From the human T2T-CHM13v2.0 reference genome, Homo sapiens: a DNA stretch of 64,000 nucleotides. Below the pieces are notes generated by a model. That model searched no databases and was not told the origin of the DNA. It worked only from the letters and a program-made list of their open reading frames with translations. Each line of letters starts with the position of its first letter. Within the stretch, counting starts at the first letter, position 1. A program made the position numbers and the translations under genes. The stretch lies in the NCBI RefSeq assembly GCF_009914755.1, contig NC_060931.1, one strand, 5' to 3'. Of this stretch, positions 32,501-48,117 are shown piece by piece.

Positions 32501-35500
32501 GTGACAGAAAGCAGGCAGTACCTTCCCAAACATGTGGGCCTACCCTAGAGCAGGCTCTTTGGTAGTTAATGAAGATAAGACAGCAAATACAAAGGTCAAG
32601 TTGCTCCCTTTTTTGGAAGAGAAAATAAATGAGTATTTAAAAAATGATAGTTGATGAGTTCCCAATAAATATTAGCTTCTCTTATTTATTATATAACTAT
32701 TATTCAAGTGAGCCCACTAAGCCCAGGAACTAGTGAGAAAACTCTCTTAGCAATAAGATGGACTGATGTATTAGGTATTTTCCCAAAACATGATTTTTTA
32801 GAGGGTAGACTTCTCTCAAGAGGAGAAGGAGCCAGTTTTGAAAATTCATGATTCAAGTACTAATTGCATTTCAATTTAAACAAGTTTAATTCAGTTTTGT
32901 TCATGTTTTACTTGGCCCAACAAATTATCCTAGTGAGCTGTCTGTCTGCCGAGGAGGTGGGTTTACAACCTGAAGAGTCAATTTGGAAACTGAACAGGAG
33001 CTGAGCTGAGCTACTCTCTGACTCTGACATTAGATGTCACTACAATCAAAGGAAAGCAGAGCGGGCAACCTAGCAGTGAAGTGAAACTTGAACATGGTAG
33101 AGGAAAGAGACATGTTTAGATTGTGGTGCAAAGTTCCTGGATAAGAACTTGTGATATGATTTGCCTATCCACCTTGCCATGGGGAAAAAGGAGAATTTTA
33201 ATATATGTATGACAGCTGCATTCATTTTCCTAAGACATTGACTAGGAACAACTCCTAACCACTTTGCACATCTTGGTATTTCTTCCCCTAATAGATAATA
33301 GAACTGATAGAGGCCCCCAAGGATTTTCAGTGCAGAATATTCCTAATAGTTTCTAAACGAGAATTTTACTGGACCAGATCACTAAGTCTAGTTCTTCTAA
33401 TGAGCTTAATGCTTAAAGCTTAAGTTGTCTTTCAAATATTCTTCAATTATAAACTTTATCAGGTGTTTCCAAAGTTTCTTTGCTTAAAGATGTGAAGAAC
33501 CCCAGGTTACTGGTATTTGTGTGTTAAGAGTAGAATTACCAGGTACAGTCACATTTGTTTACTTAAGCAAAATATCTACAAACAGCTGGAGGGCAGGGGA
33601 CCCAACTAATGTTTCCATTTATTGCTAGGCAACTGGGTGAACTGAAAAGTCCATCCTCCCAAGGGATATTATATTAAATATATCTTTTTATGTGTGTGAA
33701 CTGGCACACACTATTGGAATAGATTCAGAATATCTAACAATTGATGCAGCATAGGTACCAATGAATTAAATCTAGCGATGGCTAGGGCTTCCAGGGGAAA
33801 ATAAGGGTGCTCCATATGGGTGTAGGGAGGACCTGATGGGGAACAACTGCTGCAGTACCTATTTATCAACTCCTGAGGGAAGTACTTTGACATATTAATA
33901 ACTGGGATGACTGTACCAGTATCTATTGGTTGAATATCAGCCTGTGTATATATAACTTGGCTTATCAAGAGCCCACAAGATCTCTGGTTTAGGTTCCAAG
34001 TACAAGTATCAAAGTTCATTCTCATTACCCTCTTGATAATGGTCTGGGCTGCTAATTTTTACATTGCTTTAGTGATGGGAAGGTCCCACATGGAGGGAAA
34101 TTTTATGAAATATGCAGAGAGAAGCTTGGTCTTTACATGTCTACATCTTCTTTTTTCAAGCTGTGATGAAGGCCTTGATTCTGATGGGCATCAAGAGGCA
34201 GATACAGCTCAGAAGATTCAGAAAGGCAGACTCGTGTCTAACATAACTACATTACCTTGGTGATCCCAGGAAGTAGTAGACTGATACTGGGGATAGGAGT
34301 GGGGTTCTCAGTATTGGTGACAAAGTTTGTTTTAAAGTGTCCTGATTTATTTCCTTTGCTCTACATGAGAATTAATGCACCAGTTTGCAGTATATGTAAA
34401 CTGTTTCATGTAGATTTGTTGAAGAAGGAAGACTGGATTTCAAGGGCCTAAGAGCAGGCAGTTTTCATGTTCAAGGTGTTTTCACATCGTATGCAGTGCT
34501 TAGATTACTGAGCCCATAGTAGTTACCTAATTCTTATTTGATACTTGATTGATATTTTTGTTTTCTGTCGATTATTCTCATTGAGAAGAAACGGACCTAT
34601 GACTGATTTCAGACCAGTGATTTTGGTAATGTTTTGAATTTACTGTAATTATTTAAGCTGTTCTTCTGAATACTTGTACCATTTTCTTGGTGATTCAGAA
34701 CGAAACTTACAGCTAAATTATCTGGGTTATATTAATCTTTGCATGCATTAAAACTGCTGTTTTTATAATGGAAAGAAAGAGGACTACTACCTATGTATAT
34801 CTCAATGTGCCTGTGCCACGCTGTTTTAATTATGCCAAGTGTTCACTGACAAAAGTGTGAATGGAGCATACAATTTAAAAATATGAACATGTTATTAATA
34901 TTTGGCACTATAACTGTAACAATCACTGATTATCATCATGATTGGGGACCTTGTCTCACCAATACCAGAGACATATTGATGTCACGATGAACTGTATTTT
35001 TCTACTATTATGTGAAATTACTTTCTTTTAATTCCACTATTTCTCATTGTTTGGCCACTTTTACTTAGGGGTTTTCTCTCTATTTCATTGTTACATGTAT
35101 TTTTTTTTGTTCAAATGTCTTAAAAATTCCAATTCTTAAGGTTGATTCCATTGTACATCTTTGAATTTCACAGTGTAGTCTTGTCAAGATGAGAAATTAC
35201 CATGATGCCATGATAGCTTCTAACAATGCTACTGTTTCAGAAGTCAGGATCCAAGGTCTCATAGACCAAATTAAGACCTCAAACTATGTGGCTTATTGAG
35301 TCAGAACACAGTGAGAAGCAAAGGACAAAGAGTAATGTAACTTGGATGGGATGCAAATGAGAAGGAGGGACTACAATACTTAAATCTAGAGCTGCATACT
35401 ATCCATATATCCTGCCCCTTTCCACTTCATTAGTATTCCCTGTTAATGGTAGGCAAATGATGACTGAGTGCACATGGGAAAGGAGGCTCGGCAGAAAGAA

Positions 35501-36120
35501 GGTGCTCAAAGTCACCTTGGTATATCTGAGAGACCACAGGGCAAAATGACCAGTAGCTATTTTTATATAGCAATGACTTTTGTCTGTATGGGGCAGAAAA
35601 CATGAGGAGCCAGAATGAGTGTCAACAACGGGTGACTGACTTAACTATGATGTTACTGAAGGTGGCATGATTTGAATCTAGAAAAATATACAAATATATA
35701 TATATATACACACACACTTACACATATATACTTTTACATCTTTAATGATATTTAATTTGAATAAAATGCATTCATTTAAAATTACATTTCTAAGACTTTT
35801 GAAGAAAGTCTTATGTAACTTCTAGCACAATTAAGATACAGAATATTTTCATCAGTTTCCAAAATTTCCTTGTGCCACTTTGTAGTCAATGGCCCACCCT
35901 AAACCCTAGACAACCACTATTCTTTCTGTCTGTATAGATTAATTTTGTCTTTTCTAAATAAAATTATATAGAATGCGGTCTTTCGTGTTTAGCTTCTTAT
36001 GCTAACCACATTTTTGAGATTCATCCATGTTATGTCTTGTATTGGTAGTTCATTCCTTGTTATTGCCGAGTGTTATTCCACTATATAAACAGATCTCAAT
36101 TTCTTTAGCCACTCACCTAT

Positions 36121-39100
36121 TTTTTTTCTGATTTTTTTCTTTTCTACTTTTTTAACTTTTATTTTAAGTGCAGGGTTATGTGTGGAGGTTTGTTACATAG
36201 GTAAACTTGTGTCATGGGGGTTTGTTGAACTGATTATTTCATCACCCAGGTATTAAGCCTAGTACGACTTAGTTATTTTTTCCTCTCCTCTCCCTTCTCC
36301 CATCCTCCACCCTCCAATAGGCCCCAGTTTATGCTGTTCCCCTCTGTGTGTCCATGTGTTCTCATCATTTAGTTCCCACTTAGAAGTGAGAACATGTAGT
36401 ATTTGGTTTTCTGTTCCTGTGTTAGTTTGCTAAAGATAAAGGCCTCCAGCTCCATCTATGGCCCTGCAAAGGACATAGTCTCATTCTTTTTAGTGGCTGC
36501 ATAGTATTTCATGGTATATATGTACCACATTTTCTTTATCCAGTCTATTATTGATGGGCATTTAGGTTGATTCCATGTCTTTGCTATTGTGAATAGTGCT
36601 GCAATGAACATACATGTGCATGTGTCTTTATAATAGAATGATTTATATTCCTTTGGGTATATAACCAGTAATGGTACTGCTGAATCAAATGGTATTTCTG
36701 TCTTTAGGTCTTGAGGAATTGCCACACTGTCTTCCACAATGGTTGAACTAATTTACACTCACACCAACAGTGTTTAACTATTCCTTTTTCTCCACAAACT
36801 CACCAGCATCTGTTACTTTTTGACTTTTTCAAAATAGCCATTCTGACTGGTATGAGATGGTATCTCACTGTGGTTTTGATTTGCATTTCTCTAATAATCA
36901 GTGTCACTGATTTTTTTTTCCAAAGGATTGTTGGCTGCATGTATGTCTTCTTTTGAAATGTGTCTGTTCATGTTCTTTGCTCACTTTTTAGTGTTTTTTT
37001 CTTTTCTTGTAAACTTGTTTAAGTTCCTTATAGATGCTAGATACTAGACCTTTGTCAGATGGATAAACTGCAAAAATTTTCTCCCATTCTGTAGGTTGCC
37101 TGTTCACTCTGATGATAGTTTCTTTTGCTATGCAGGAGCTCTTTAGTTTAATTATATCCCATTTGTCAATTTTGACTTTCCATGCAATTGTTTTTGGTGT
37201 TTTCATCATGAAATCTTTGCCCATGGTTGTCCTGAGTGGTACTGCCTAGATTTTCTTCTAGGGTTTTTATAGTTTTAAGTTTTATATCTAAGTCTTTAAT
37301 CCATCTTGACTTAATTTTTATATATGGTATAAGGAAGCGGTCCAAATTCAATTTTTTGCATATGGCTAACCAGTTCTCTCGCACCGTTTATTAAATAGGG
37401 AATCCTTTCCCCATTGCTTGTTTTTGTCAGGTTTGTAGAAGATCAGATGGTTGTAGGTGTGTGGTCTCATTTCTGATTTCTCTATTCTGTTCCATTGGTC
37501 TATGTGTCTGTTCTTATACCAGTACCAGTGTTTTGGGTACTGTAGCCTTATAGTATAGTTTGAAGTTGTATAGCATGATGCCCCCAGCTTTGTTCTTCTT
37601 GCTTAGCATTGTCTTAGCTATTTGGGCTCTTTTTTGGTTCCATATGAATTTTAAAACCGTATTTTCTAATTCTGTGAAGAATGTCAGTGGCAATTTAATG
37701 GGAATAGCATTAAATCTATAAGTTACTTTGGGCAATATGGCCATTTTAATGCTATTGATTCTTCATTTCCATGAGCATGGAATGTTTTCCCATTTGTTTG
37801 TTTCCTCTGATTTCTTTGAGCAGTGGTTTGTAGTTCTTGAAGAGGTCCTTCACTTCCTTTGTTAGCTGTATTCCTAGGTATTTTATTCTTTTTGTAGCAA
37901 TTGTGCATGGGAGTTCATTCATGATTTTGCTGTCTGCTTGCTTGTTGTTGATGTATAGAAATGCTAGTAATTTTTGCACATAGATTTTATATCCTGAGAC
38001 TTCGCTTAAGTTACTTATCAGCTTAAGAAGCTTTTGGGGTTTTCTAGATATAGGGTCATGTCATCTGCAAACAAGGATAATTTGACTTCCTTAATTCCTA
38101 TTTGAACACACTTTATCTTTTCTCTTCCCTGGCCAGAACTTTCAATACTATGTTGAATAGAAGTGATGAGAGAGGGCATCCTTGTCTTATGTCGATTTTC
38201 AAGGGGAATGCTTCCAGCTATTGCCCATTCAGTATGATATTGGCTATGAGCTTGTCAATAATGGATCTTATTATTTTGATGTGTGTTCCTTCAATACCTA
38301 GTTTATTGAGAGTTTTAAACATAAAGGGATGCTCAATTTTATTGATGGCCTTTTCTGCATCTATTGAAATAATCGTGTGGTTTTTATCTTTAGCTCTATT
38401 TATGTGATGAATTACATTTATTGATTTGTATATGTTGAACTAACCTTGCATCCCAGGGATGAGGTCAACTTGATCATGATGTTTAAGCTTTTTGATATGC
38501 TGTGGATTCAGTTTACCAGTATGCTATTGACAATTTTTGCATCAATGTTCATCAAGGTTATTGAGCTGAAGTTTTCTTTTTTTGTTGTACCTCTGCCAGG
38601 TTTTGGCATCGGGATGATGCTGGCCTCATAGAATAAGTTAGGGGGGAAGTCCCTCCTTTTTGATTTTTTGGAATAGTTTCAGTAGAAATGGTACCAGCTC
38701 TTCTTTGTACCTCTGGTAGAATTCCACTGTGAGTCTGTCTGGTCCTGGGCTTTTTTTTTGGTTAGTAGGCTATTTACTACTGCCTCAATTTCAGAACATG
38801 TTATTGGTCTCTCAGGGATTCAATTTCTTCCTGGTTCAGTCTTTAGAGGGTGTGACTGTCCAAGAATTTATCCATTTCTTCTAGATTTTCTAGTTTATGT
38901 GCATAGAAGTGTTTATAGTATTCTCTGATGATTGTTTGTATTTCTGTGGGGTCAGTGGTGATATTCCCCTTATTTCTGATTGTGCTTATTTGATTCTTTT
39001 CTCTTTTCTCATTTATTAGTCTGGCTAGTGGTATATTTTATTATTATTATTATTTTCAAAAAACCAGCTCCTGGATTCACTGATTTTTTGAAGGGTTTTT

Positions 39101-41779
39101 TGTGTTTCTATCTCCTTCAGTTTGGCTTTGATCTTGGTTACTTCTTGTTTTCTGCTAGCTTTAGGGTTTGTTTGGTCTTGATTCTCTAGTTCTTTCAGTT
39201 GAAATGTTAGGTTGTCAACTTGACATCTTTCTAGCTTTTTAATGTGGACATTTAGTGCTATACATTTTCCTCTTAACACTGATTTAGCTGCTTTTCAGGG
39301 ATTCTGGTACATCGTCTCTTTGTTCTCATTAGTTTCAAAGAACTTCTTGATGTCTGCCTTAATTGTATTATTTAGCCAAGAATCATTCAGGAGTAGGTTG
39401 TTCAACTTCCATGTAGATGTGTGATTTTGAGTGGATTTCTTAATCTTGAGTTCTAATTTGATTATGCTATGGTCTGAGAGACTATCTGTTATTATTTCAG
39501 TTCTTTTGCATTTGCTGAGGCATGTTTTACTTTGGCTTATGTGATCGATTTTAGAGTAAATGCCATGCAGTGATGAGAAGAATGCATATTCTGTTGTTTT
39601 TGGGTGGAGGGTTCTGTAGATATCTATCAGATTCACTTGATCCAGAGCTGAATTTAGGTACTTTGTTAATTTTGTCTTGGTGATCTGTCTAATATTGTCA
39701 GTGGGGTGTTAAAGTCTCCCGCTATTACTATGTGGAAGTCTAGGTCTCTTTGTAGGTCTCTAAGAACTTGCTTTATGAATCTGGGTGCTCCTCTATTGGG
39801 TTCATGTATATTTAGGATAGTTCCCTCTTGTTGAATTGAACACTTTACCATTATGTAATGCACTTCTTTGTCTTTTTTTTTTTTTTTTTACCTTTGTTGG
39901 TTTAAAGTCTGTTTTTTCAGAAACCAGGACTGCAACCCCTGCTTATTTCTGTTTTCCATTTGTTTTGTAAATTTTTCTCCATTCCTTTATTTTGAGCCTG
40001 TGTGTGTCTTTGCAGATGAGATGGGTCTCTTGAAGACAGCATACTGATGAGTCTTAGAGCTTTATCCAGCTTGCTATTCTGTGTCTTTTAATTGCGGGCA
40101 TTTAGCCCATTTATATTTAAGATTAGTATTGTTATGTATGACTTTGATCCTGCCATTATGATGCTAGCTGATTATTATGCAGACTTGTTTGTGTGGCTGC
40201 TTCATAGTGTCACTGGTCTCTATATTTCAGTGTGTTTTTGTAGTGGCTGGTAACAGTCTTTCCTTTCCATATTTAGTGCTTCCTTCAGGAGCTCTTGAAA
40301 GACAGGCCTGATGGTAATGATTTCCCTCAGCATTTGCTTGTCTGAAAAGGATCTTATTTATCTTTTGCTTATGAAGCTTAGTTTGGCTGGATTAAAATTC
40401 TGGGTTGGAAACTATTTTCTTTAAGAATGTTGAATATTGGCTCCCTAATTCCTCTGGCTTATAGGGTTTCCATTGAGAGGTCCACTGTTAGTCTGATGGG
40501 TTTCCCTTTGTAGGTGACCTGGCCTCTGTCTCTGACTGCCCTTAATGTTTTTTCATCTATTTCAATTTGGAGAATCTGATAATTATTTGTCTTGGGGTTG
40601 ATCTTCTCATGGAGTATCTTTCTGGGGTTCCCTGCATTTCCCGAGTTTGAATGTTGGCCTCTTGTGCTAGGTTGGGGAAGTTCTCCTGAATGATATCCTG
40701 AGGTATGTGTTCCAACTCGGTTCCATTTTCCTTGTTTGTTTCAGGTACCCTAATCTGTCATGGGTTTGGTCTCTTTACATAACCCATAATTCCCAGAGGT
40801 TTTGTTCATTCCTTTTCATTCTTTTTTCTCTATTCTTATCTGCCTGTCTTATTTCAGAAAGATAGTCTTCAAGCTCTGAAGTTCTTTCCTCCACTTGGTC
40901 TATTCTGCTATTGATAGTTGTGACTGCATTGTGAAGTTCTCGTGTTGTGTTTTTCAGCTTCATCAGCTCAGTTATGTTCCTTTCTAAACTGGCTTTTCTG
41001 ACTATAAGGTCCTGTATTATTTTATCATGATTCTTAGCTTCTTTGCATTGGGTTACAACATGCTCCTTTAGCTCAGAAGTTTGTTATTACCCATCTTCTG
41101 AAGCCTCTTTCTGTCAATACAACCATCTCACCCTCAGCCCAGTTCTGTGCCTTTGGTGGAAAAGTGTTGTGGTCATTTGGAGGAGAAAAGGCATTCTGGC
41201 TCTTTGAGTTTTCAGCTTTTTTTTTCATTGATTATCTCTCATCTTTATGGGCTTATCTACCTTCAATCTTTCAGGTTGCTGACCTTTGAATGGGGTTTTT
41301 GTGTTTTGTTGTTGTTGTTGGTGGTGGTGTTTTCTGTTTGATGGATTTTCCGCCTTGGCAGGGACCTGGGGGTCAGAGTATGTAAAACTTCTAGGTCTCT
41401 GCATGCCTGAGTGGCTGCTCTGCCAAGACTCCATACAGCTCTGTGTATTGGACCCAAGGCCCTGGTGGCCTGGGCTCACAAGGGGATCTCCTGATTCACA
41501 GATTGCAAAGATCCATAGGGGAAGTGTGGCTTCCTGGGCGGGGTTGCACAATCACTTACCACCTCCCCTGGCTGAGGGTGGGAGTTCTCTTGGTTCTGTG
41601 CCACTCCTGGGTAGGCCGCTGCCTCTCCCTGCTTCTCTTTGTTCTCCATGGGTCCAGCTGCTTGCCTATTTATGCAAGAACCTGGATACCTCAGTTGAAG
41701 GTACTGAATTCACTCATCCCTTTTCTTTCCTCTCTGTGAGTGCCGTGGACCCTAGCTTTCTAATTAGTCATCTTGCCTC
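36121..41779 (-). mobile_element. Near full-length L1PA (~L1PA8-11 age), ~5.65 kb, ORFs disrupted
   Basis: 3' UTR, ORF2 fragments ([25 protein letters not shown]), ORF1 fragment (40775-40963), 5' end agtcatcttgcctc; TSD cacctatttt at 36114 and 41780. Confidence 0.93.
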
Positions 41780-41799
41780 CACCTATTTTCTCGTCCAAA

Positions 41800-44700
41800 C
41801 ATGCCCCCATTTCTTTATTTTAAACATGTAGTAGAATTCACCATAAAGACAATTGGAACTAGAGTTTTATTTGTGGAAAGTTTAAAATAAAAAAAAAAAA
41901 GGCTTTTATTTTGAAATAATTATATATTCACAAGGAATTGCAAAGATAGTCCAGAGAGGTTCTGCATAGTCTTCAGCAGTTTTCCTTATTGATTATATCT
42001 TACCTAACTACAATACAATAACAACGCCAGGAAACTGGTATTGCCACAAAATGCGTATATAGTTCTGTGCAGTTTTTATGCTGTTAATATATAGGGCTAT
42101 TCCATCATCACAAAAATCTCCCTCATACTATCCTTTTATAGTCACCCCATCCTCTTCCCTCTTTCAACTCTAAGCCATGACAACCACTAATCTCCATTTA
42201 TGGCCTTTAACCTTCCTCTTCTTATAATACAATTATCTTAAAAATTTACTCTATATAAATTAAGAGCTACTTCAGTGTTCTAATGTTTGCTTCAACCTTG
42301 AAACATAATTTAGAAAACTCAAGAAGTTAAGTCTGTTGTATTTACTTATATTCTTACTCGTTCTGTTGTTCTTCCTGATGTTCTCAGATTCTATCTTTTA
42401 TTATTTCCATTATATTTCAAGAACTTCCTTTAGCCATTCTTTCAGGGTAGGTCTGCTGGCAACAATTTCTCTTTATCTGATTTTGATTCCCCATCTAATT
42501 TTTAAAGGGTATTTTCACTGGATGGAATTTTGTATTGATAACTCTTTTCTTTCTGCTCTTGAAAAATGTTCACTATAGTGTCTGATGATAAATCCGCTGT
42601 CATTTGAATTGTTGTCACAAATTAATTGATAATGTATTTTTTCCCTTTAGGTAATGTATAATTTTTCTCTCTAGATTTTTTTCTTTGTATTTAGTTATTT
42701 AGAATTTTTTATTATGATATGTCTCTAGGAGGAGTTCTCTGGGTTTTTTTCCGTTTGAGATTCACTCAGAATCTTAAATCTGTGAATTTCTGTCATTTAC
42801 ATTTTTGGAAATTTGTTAGCCATTATTTATTTTAATATTCTTCTAGCCTTACCTTCCTTCTCTTCCAAAATTCCAATGACATGGATGTTAGATCTTTTGT
42901 TATGGTCTCACAGGTCCCTGAGGCTCTGTTTATTTTTTGCCAGTCAATTTTCTTTTTGTTGTTTGGAGTGGGTCATTTATTTTGTTCTATCTTCAAGTTC
43001 ACTGATTCTTTCTTCTGTTTTCTCCATTCTGCTGTTGAGCCCATCTAGTTAGTTTTAATTTTTGTTACTGTATTTTTCAGCTCTAAAATTTCCTTTTGAT
43101 TTTTTAATAGCTTCTATTTATCTATTGAGACTTTTTCTTTTCTGTCTTTTTAAAAAGTTTGTTTTTATCACGTTTGTAATTGCTCATTAAAGGATTTTTA
43201 TTATCACTGTTTAAAAATCCTTGTCAGAGAATTTTAATATTTCTGTCATCTATCGATTGTCTATTTTCATGCAGGTTGATACTTTTCTGGGTCTTAGTAT
43301 GATGCATGATTATTCACTGAAACCTGGACATTTTTGGTGTTATGTTATGAGACTATCTTAATAAATTTTATGTTTTAGCTGTCCTCCTCTGATTCCACTC
43401 TTGTAAGGGTAGGGAATTAGGAAATAATGCCCACTTATTTTTGGGGGAAGATGAAATTCCAGTTTCCCCAAATGGCCTCAGTTGGCACCTAGGGCGGGAG
43501 TACTGATTCCCCACTATGCCTTGCTAATACCACTCTGCCTGAGAAGAATAGGAGGACTTTGCCACTTTTCCCCATTCAGCCTCCATGAGGCCACAGGGGA
43601 GATGACCTCATTAACACTGAGTGACGGTGAATGTCCCGACTTTCTACTAGGTTTCTGACGCTAACCCGGAGGTGAATGAAAAGAGTACTTTGTTATCACC
43701 TAGTGGGTGTGGAAGTCTAGGCTCCCTGTGTGGTCTTCACAGACACTGTGAGAGTAGACCTCACTGTGACCTCACGAATATAAAAATCCAGGTTTCTCCT
43801 TGGCCTTCTTTGACATCACTCTGACAGGTAAGTTGAGGTGATTCCTTCCAGCCTGGCAATGATAGGAATCTAGATTGTTTATTTGACCTGTGTTAGTGAG
43901 CGTGAATTTGTAGGGGTTTTTCTTCTACGGTACTTAGGTGGAGTAGAGTAGATATTGTCTAAAAATGTTCTGTATTTCTAGGTTGTCCCTTTCCTGCTCT
44001 TTGGTTACATGAACTGACTTTTGTTGAAATTTCTTGTTGATCAGCTCCTGCTGGTGTTTTTGACTTGCTGCCTTCTTCAACACTAAGTTTGGGATATAAG
44101 AGGATAAAAAAAATTCCCAAAACTCACGAGCATAATCTTTTTCAAGACCAGAGGTCTCTAACTTGTCGGCTTTCTTCTCTCCATGTTTCAGAGTCATCGT
44201 ATGCTAGTTTTATATATAAATGTCCTGACTGTTTAGTTGCACTTATTGGGAATAGTAGAAAAAAGTACTACTTCTACTCCATATGTGCAGAAGTGGAATG
44301 AAAAACTTCTGATTATGGAATTCAGTTTAGTTAAGTTGATATTCTATGCAGCTTTTCTCTTTCTCCTTGGGTCAGTTATTGTAATATGAATATTTTAAGG
44401 AATTTGACTATGTCATGTATATATTCAAATTTGTTGGAATATAGTTTTTCATAAAGTTATTTTCTTATGCTTAAAATCTCTGCCATAATGTCGCTTTTTC
44501 TCTAATATTGGCAATTTGTTTCTCTCTTTTTTCTAGATAAGTCTATGTTGTAGTTTATAAATTTTATTAATCTTTTTATTGAACCAACTTTGGTTTCATT
44601 GATTTTTCTCTATTTTCAGTTATATATTTTACCGGTTTACACTTTATTATTTCCTTATTTCTGATTCCTTTCTATTTAATTTGCTCTTCATTTTCTGACT

Positions 44701-47020
44701 TCTTAAGGTAGGAGTTTAGGCCACTGATTTCACATCTTCTTTTCTAATAAAAAGATTTAATTCACAGATTTCCCTTTACACACTATTTTAGCTGCATCCC
44801 CCCAAATTTTGACCTTTTCAAAGAATTTTGATTCAGTTCAAAATATTTTCTAAATTTCTCATCTTTTTTTCCTTTTTTACACATTAGTTGGTAAAATGTG
44901 TTAATTTCTAAATATTGAGAATTTTTTGGGTATATTTTGATTATTGATTTTTAATTTCATTTTGATGTTTTGAATTATTTCTGACAAAAAATCTATGATA
45001 ATACTTAGATTTATTCTTTTTTGGGTGTGTATATATATAAATATATAAACATATAGATATATATCACAGATATATAACAAAAAGATATATGTTTTGTTGT
45101 TCTTGGGTAAGGTGGTCTATAAATATTAATTAGATTAGAGTGGTTGATAGTGTTCAGATTTTCTATGTCCTTATTTGTATTTTGCCTACTTGATCTATCA
45201 GTGGTTGGAACAGATGTGTTGAATTATATTTCTACATGTTTAAACCCCATAATACATTGAATTATTTTTGCTTTATACTCTCAATTACTATTTAGAGAAA
45301 TTAAAACAGATTTAAAAAATCCTACATACTTACTATTTTAAGCTTTATTCACTCCTTTGAGTAGAACCAAGTTTTCATTGTGATCATTTTCCTTTTGCCA
45401 AAAGAATGCCCTTAACTACTTGCTTGAGTGCATGTTTGTGGCTGATAAATTCTTTTCACTCCCACTTTTGAAAAATGTCTTTATTTTGCCTTTTGTTTTT
45501 TAAAGACTGTTTCTTTAAAAGTGGATTTAGAATTCTAGATAGACATTCTTTTCTTTCAGCACCGTAGGATATCATTACATTGTTTTTTGTGTTAAATCGT
45601 TTCTGACACAAAATTTATGACAATACTTAGATTTATTCTTTTTAAAATATTGATTCCTTTAGTTCTGTCTGGTTTTTATAATTTTTTATCACTATTTTTC
45701 AGAAATTTGACTTGCTGTGATTGACTTTGAGTTCTTCCTGCTTGGGATAAATTGAGTTTCTTGTATACTGAATTTAAAATTTTACCAAATTTGGAAACAT
45801 TTTCAGCCATTATATCTTCAACTTTTTTTTTTCACTTTCTTTCCTGTCTCTCTTCTATCATTTTGTGAATGTTTATATAATATATAAATATATATGTATT
45901 TGGCATTTCTTAGAATTGTCTGTACTCCAGTATGCATAGTTTCTGTTGTTATATATTGTCGTTTCTCATTTTTCCTGAAGTGTCTAATGTGCTGTTAATC
46001 ATACCCCATGAAATTCTTATTTCAGATATTGTATTTTTTATCTCCAACAGTTTCCTTTGATTATTTTTATATATTCTATTTCCCTATTTACTAGACTTAT
46101 GTTTTTCTTTATATTCTTAAAAATATCCTATTTATATTTATAAAAGCTTGTTTAGAATTATTCTTCGTAAATTCTTTCATCACTGTCTTTCTTGGATCTG
46201 TTTATATTGATTGATTTTTTCCTGTATAGTGGTTAAATTTTCTGCTTCCTTACATGTTTGGTAATTTTTGATTGGATGACAAATATTTAAATTTTTACAT
46301 TTTTGAGGGATTTAAAAAAAATTTATTTAAAATGTGTATGATCTTTTCATGACAGTCTTGATTATTACAGGCCATGTTTTTAAGCTTTTTGAAGGTGGTC
46401 CTGGTATAGCTTTTATTCTAGGGCAGTTTAGTCTCACTATTAAGGTGTGACCCAAGGGATTTCTTGTGAATGTTCGTATGTTCAATGAGGTCTCTTCACT
46501 CTGGCTGGTGGAAACTCAAACAATTCCCAGCCCTGTGTGAACTCAGTGAATTGTTTAGTTTACAGATTCTTGATATTTGTTCTTTCCCAGCAGTAGTTCT
46601 TCTCTGGCCTCCTGGAATGTCACTTTATGTGTTTGTAAATTGGCATTCAGCCAAAGACTTAAGGAAAACCCTATGCATATTTCTGTAGTTCTTTCAGTAT
46701 GTAACCCTTTCTATGCCTAACCCATCCTCTGGTCCACAATTTCTAACCCTCGTGGTCTCCCTGAACTTGAATCTTTTTCCCCTCAGCTCTGTTAATATTA
46801 TCCTTGCTTGTGCTATGGTCCAGAAATTACCTCCAGGCAAAAAGCTCGGGTGATCGTAGAACTCACTTCATTGTTTATCCTCTCAGGAATTACCTCCTAT
46901 ATTGCCTATTGTATAATTCATGAAAAACAGTTGTTTCAGTATTTGTCTACTTGTCTTGTTGTCCAATCTCGTAACAGTTACTCCTTTATGAAAAGAAGTG
47001 AAGGTTTGTGCCTTATGCAT
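41800..47020 (-). mobile_element. Nested old L1M (L1MC/MD/ME-like) fragments
   Basis: ttttattttgaaataattatatattcac 3' end at ~41904; ORF1/5' UTR-like tracts to ~44300; further degenerate L1 beyond. Confidence 0.65.
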
Positions 47021-48117
47021 AGTTAATGTTTACCTTATCCTTCTCTTCCTCTTTATTCCTAAATAATGCTCTTGGGTTTTTTTCCCCTCATCCTTTTAAA
47101 TCTATGTAAAAATATCATATGTGCTACTTGCTTATTTCATTTATTCTATGCTAACATGTTTTACTGGTTACTTACTTACTTGCTACCTATACTGGACACA
47201 TCTTACACATATTTCCCACCACATTTTTTTGCTCTTTATAGTAATTCTTTATATGTTTGAGGTTTAAAATTTTCAAGTACTTATTAAGAATTGTCTGGAC
47301 AGCTAGTTTATGATAGATTTCTCCATAAATATACACATGTGGTTATTTTCTTAGATATAAGGAAAGAATATCTTTAAAATTTTTTAGTCAAAAAGGTCCC
47401 TGGTACATGATGAGACTCGTTCATTTTTCATTTTTGGTCAAGCATTATTGGCATGATCTCTTCCTACAGTGGTTCTTCAGGTCAAAGTTACTTTGTAATA
47501 TTGTTCTGAGTCTTTTTTTGTGTATATAAATGATTTTCTCAAGCTGATTGAAATTTTGGAAAAAATGCTATCCTAGGTATTTTATTATGTATTTACTAAA
47601 TCTCTTTGGCCTGGCTGGATGCAATTATGAGAATAAAACTAAGCTTGAGTTACCCTTTTGCTATTATACTCTACCTTCCTTTACAGTGATCTGCTGGCCT
47701 CCCTGAATTCTGATCCCTTTTTTTGAGATGTTTAAAACTCTCTTTGCTTATTCTGTTCCTTGCAAAGTAAAATTCTGACTTGGGTTAAGGGTGAAGTTTT
47801 CACTGGGCTATTGTACTAAAGGAGTGAATGTTTTGGTGAAGCTCAAAGAGGTTAAAAGCTTCTGTTTCTTCATGGTGTGTTCTGTTTGGCTACTCCTCTC
47901 AAAGGGTTTACATGAAGCAGACATGATAAAACAGCCCAAGGTGCTTTTTTCTTGGGAGAGCCTTATCAAGGAGATTGTGGTAGCTGGCTTAGCTCTGTTT
48001 TTCTCTTATTGAACTTTTCCTTGAGTTTATATATCCTTGATTCTTCCTGATAGAGTGGAAAAATGCAAAGGGTCAAGATATGGGTGCAAATTTAAAGGCC
48101 AAAAACACCATTAGTTA

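Noticed and set aside
36121-41779. L1PA as an active element
   Set aside because: Old subfamily 3' UTR; ORF1 and ORF2 are fragmented by many stops and frameshifts.
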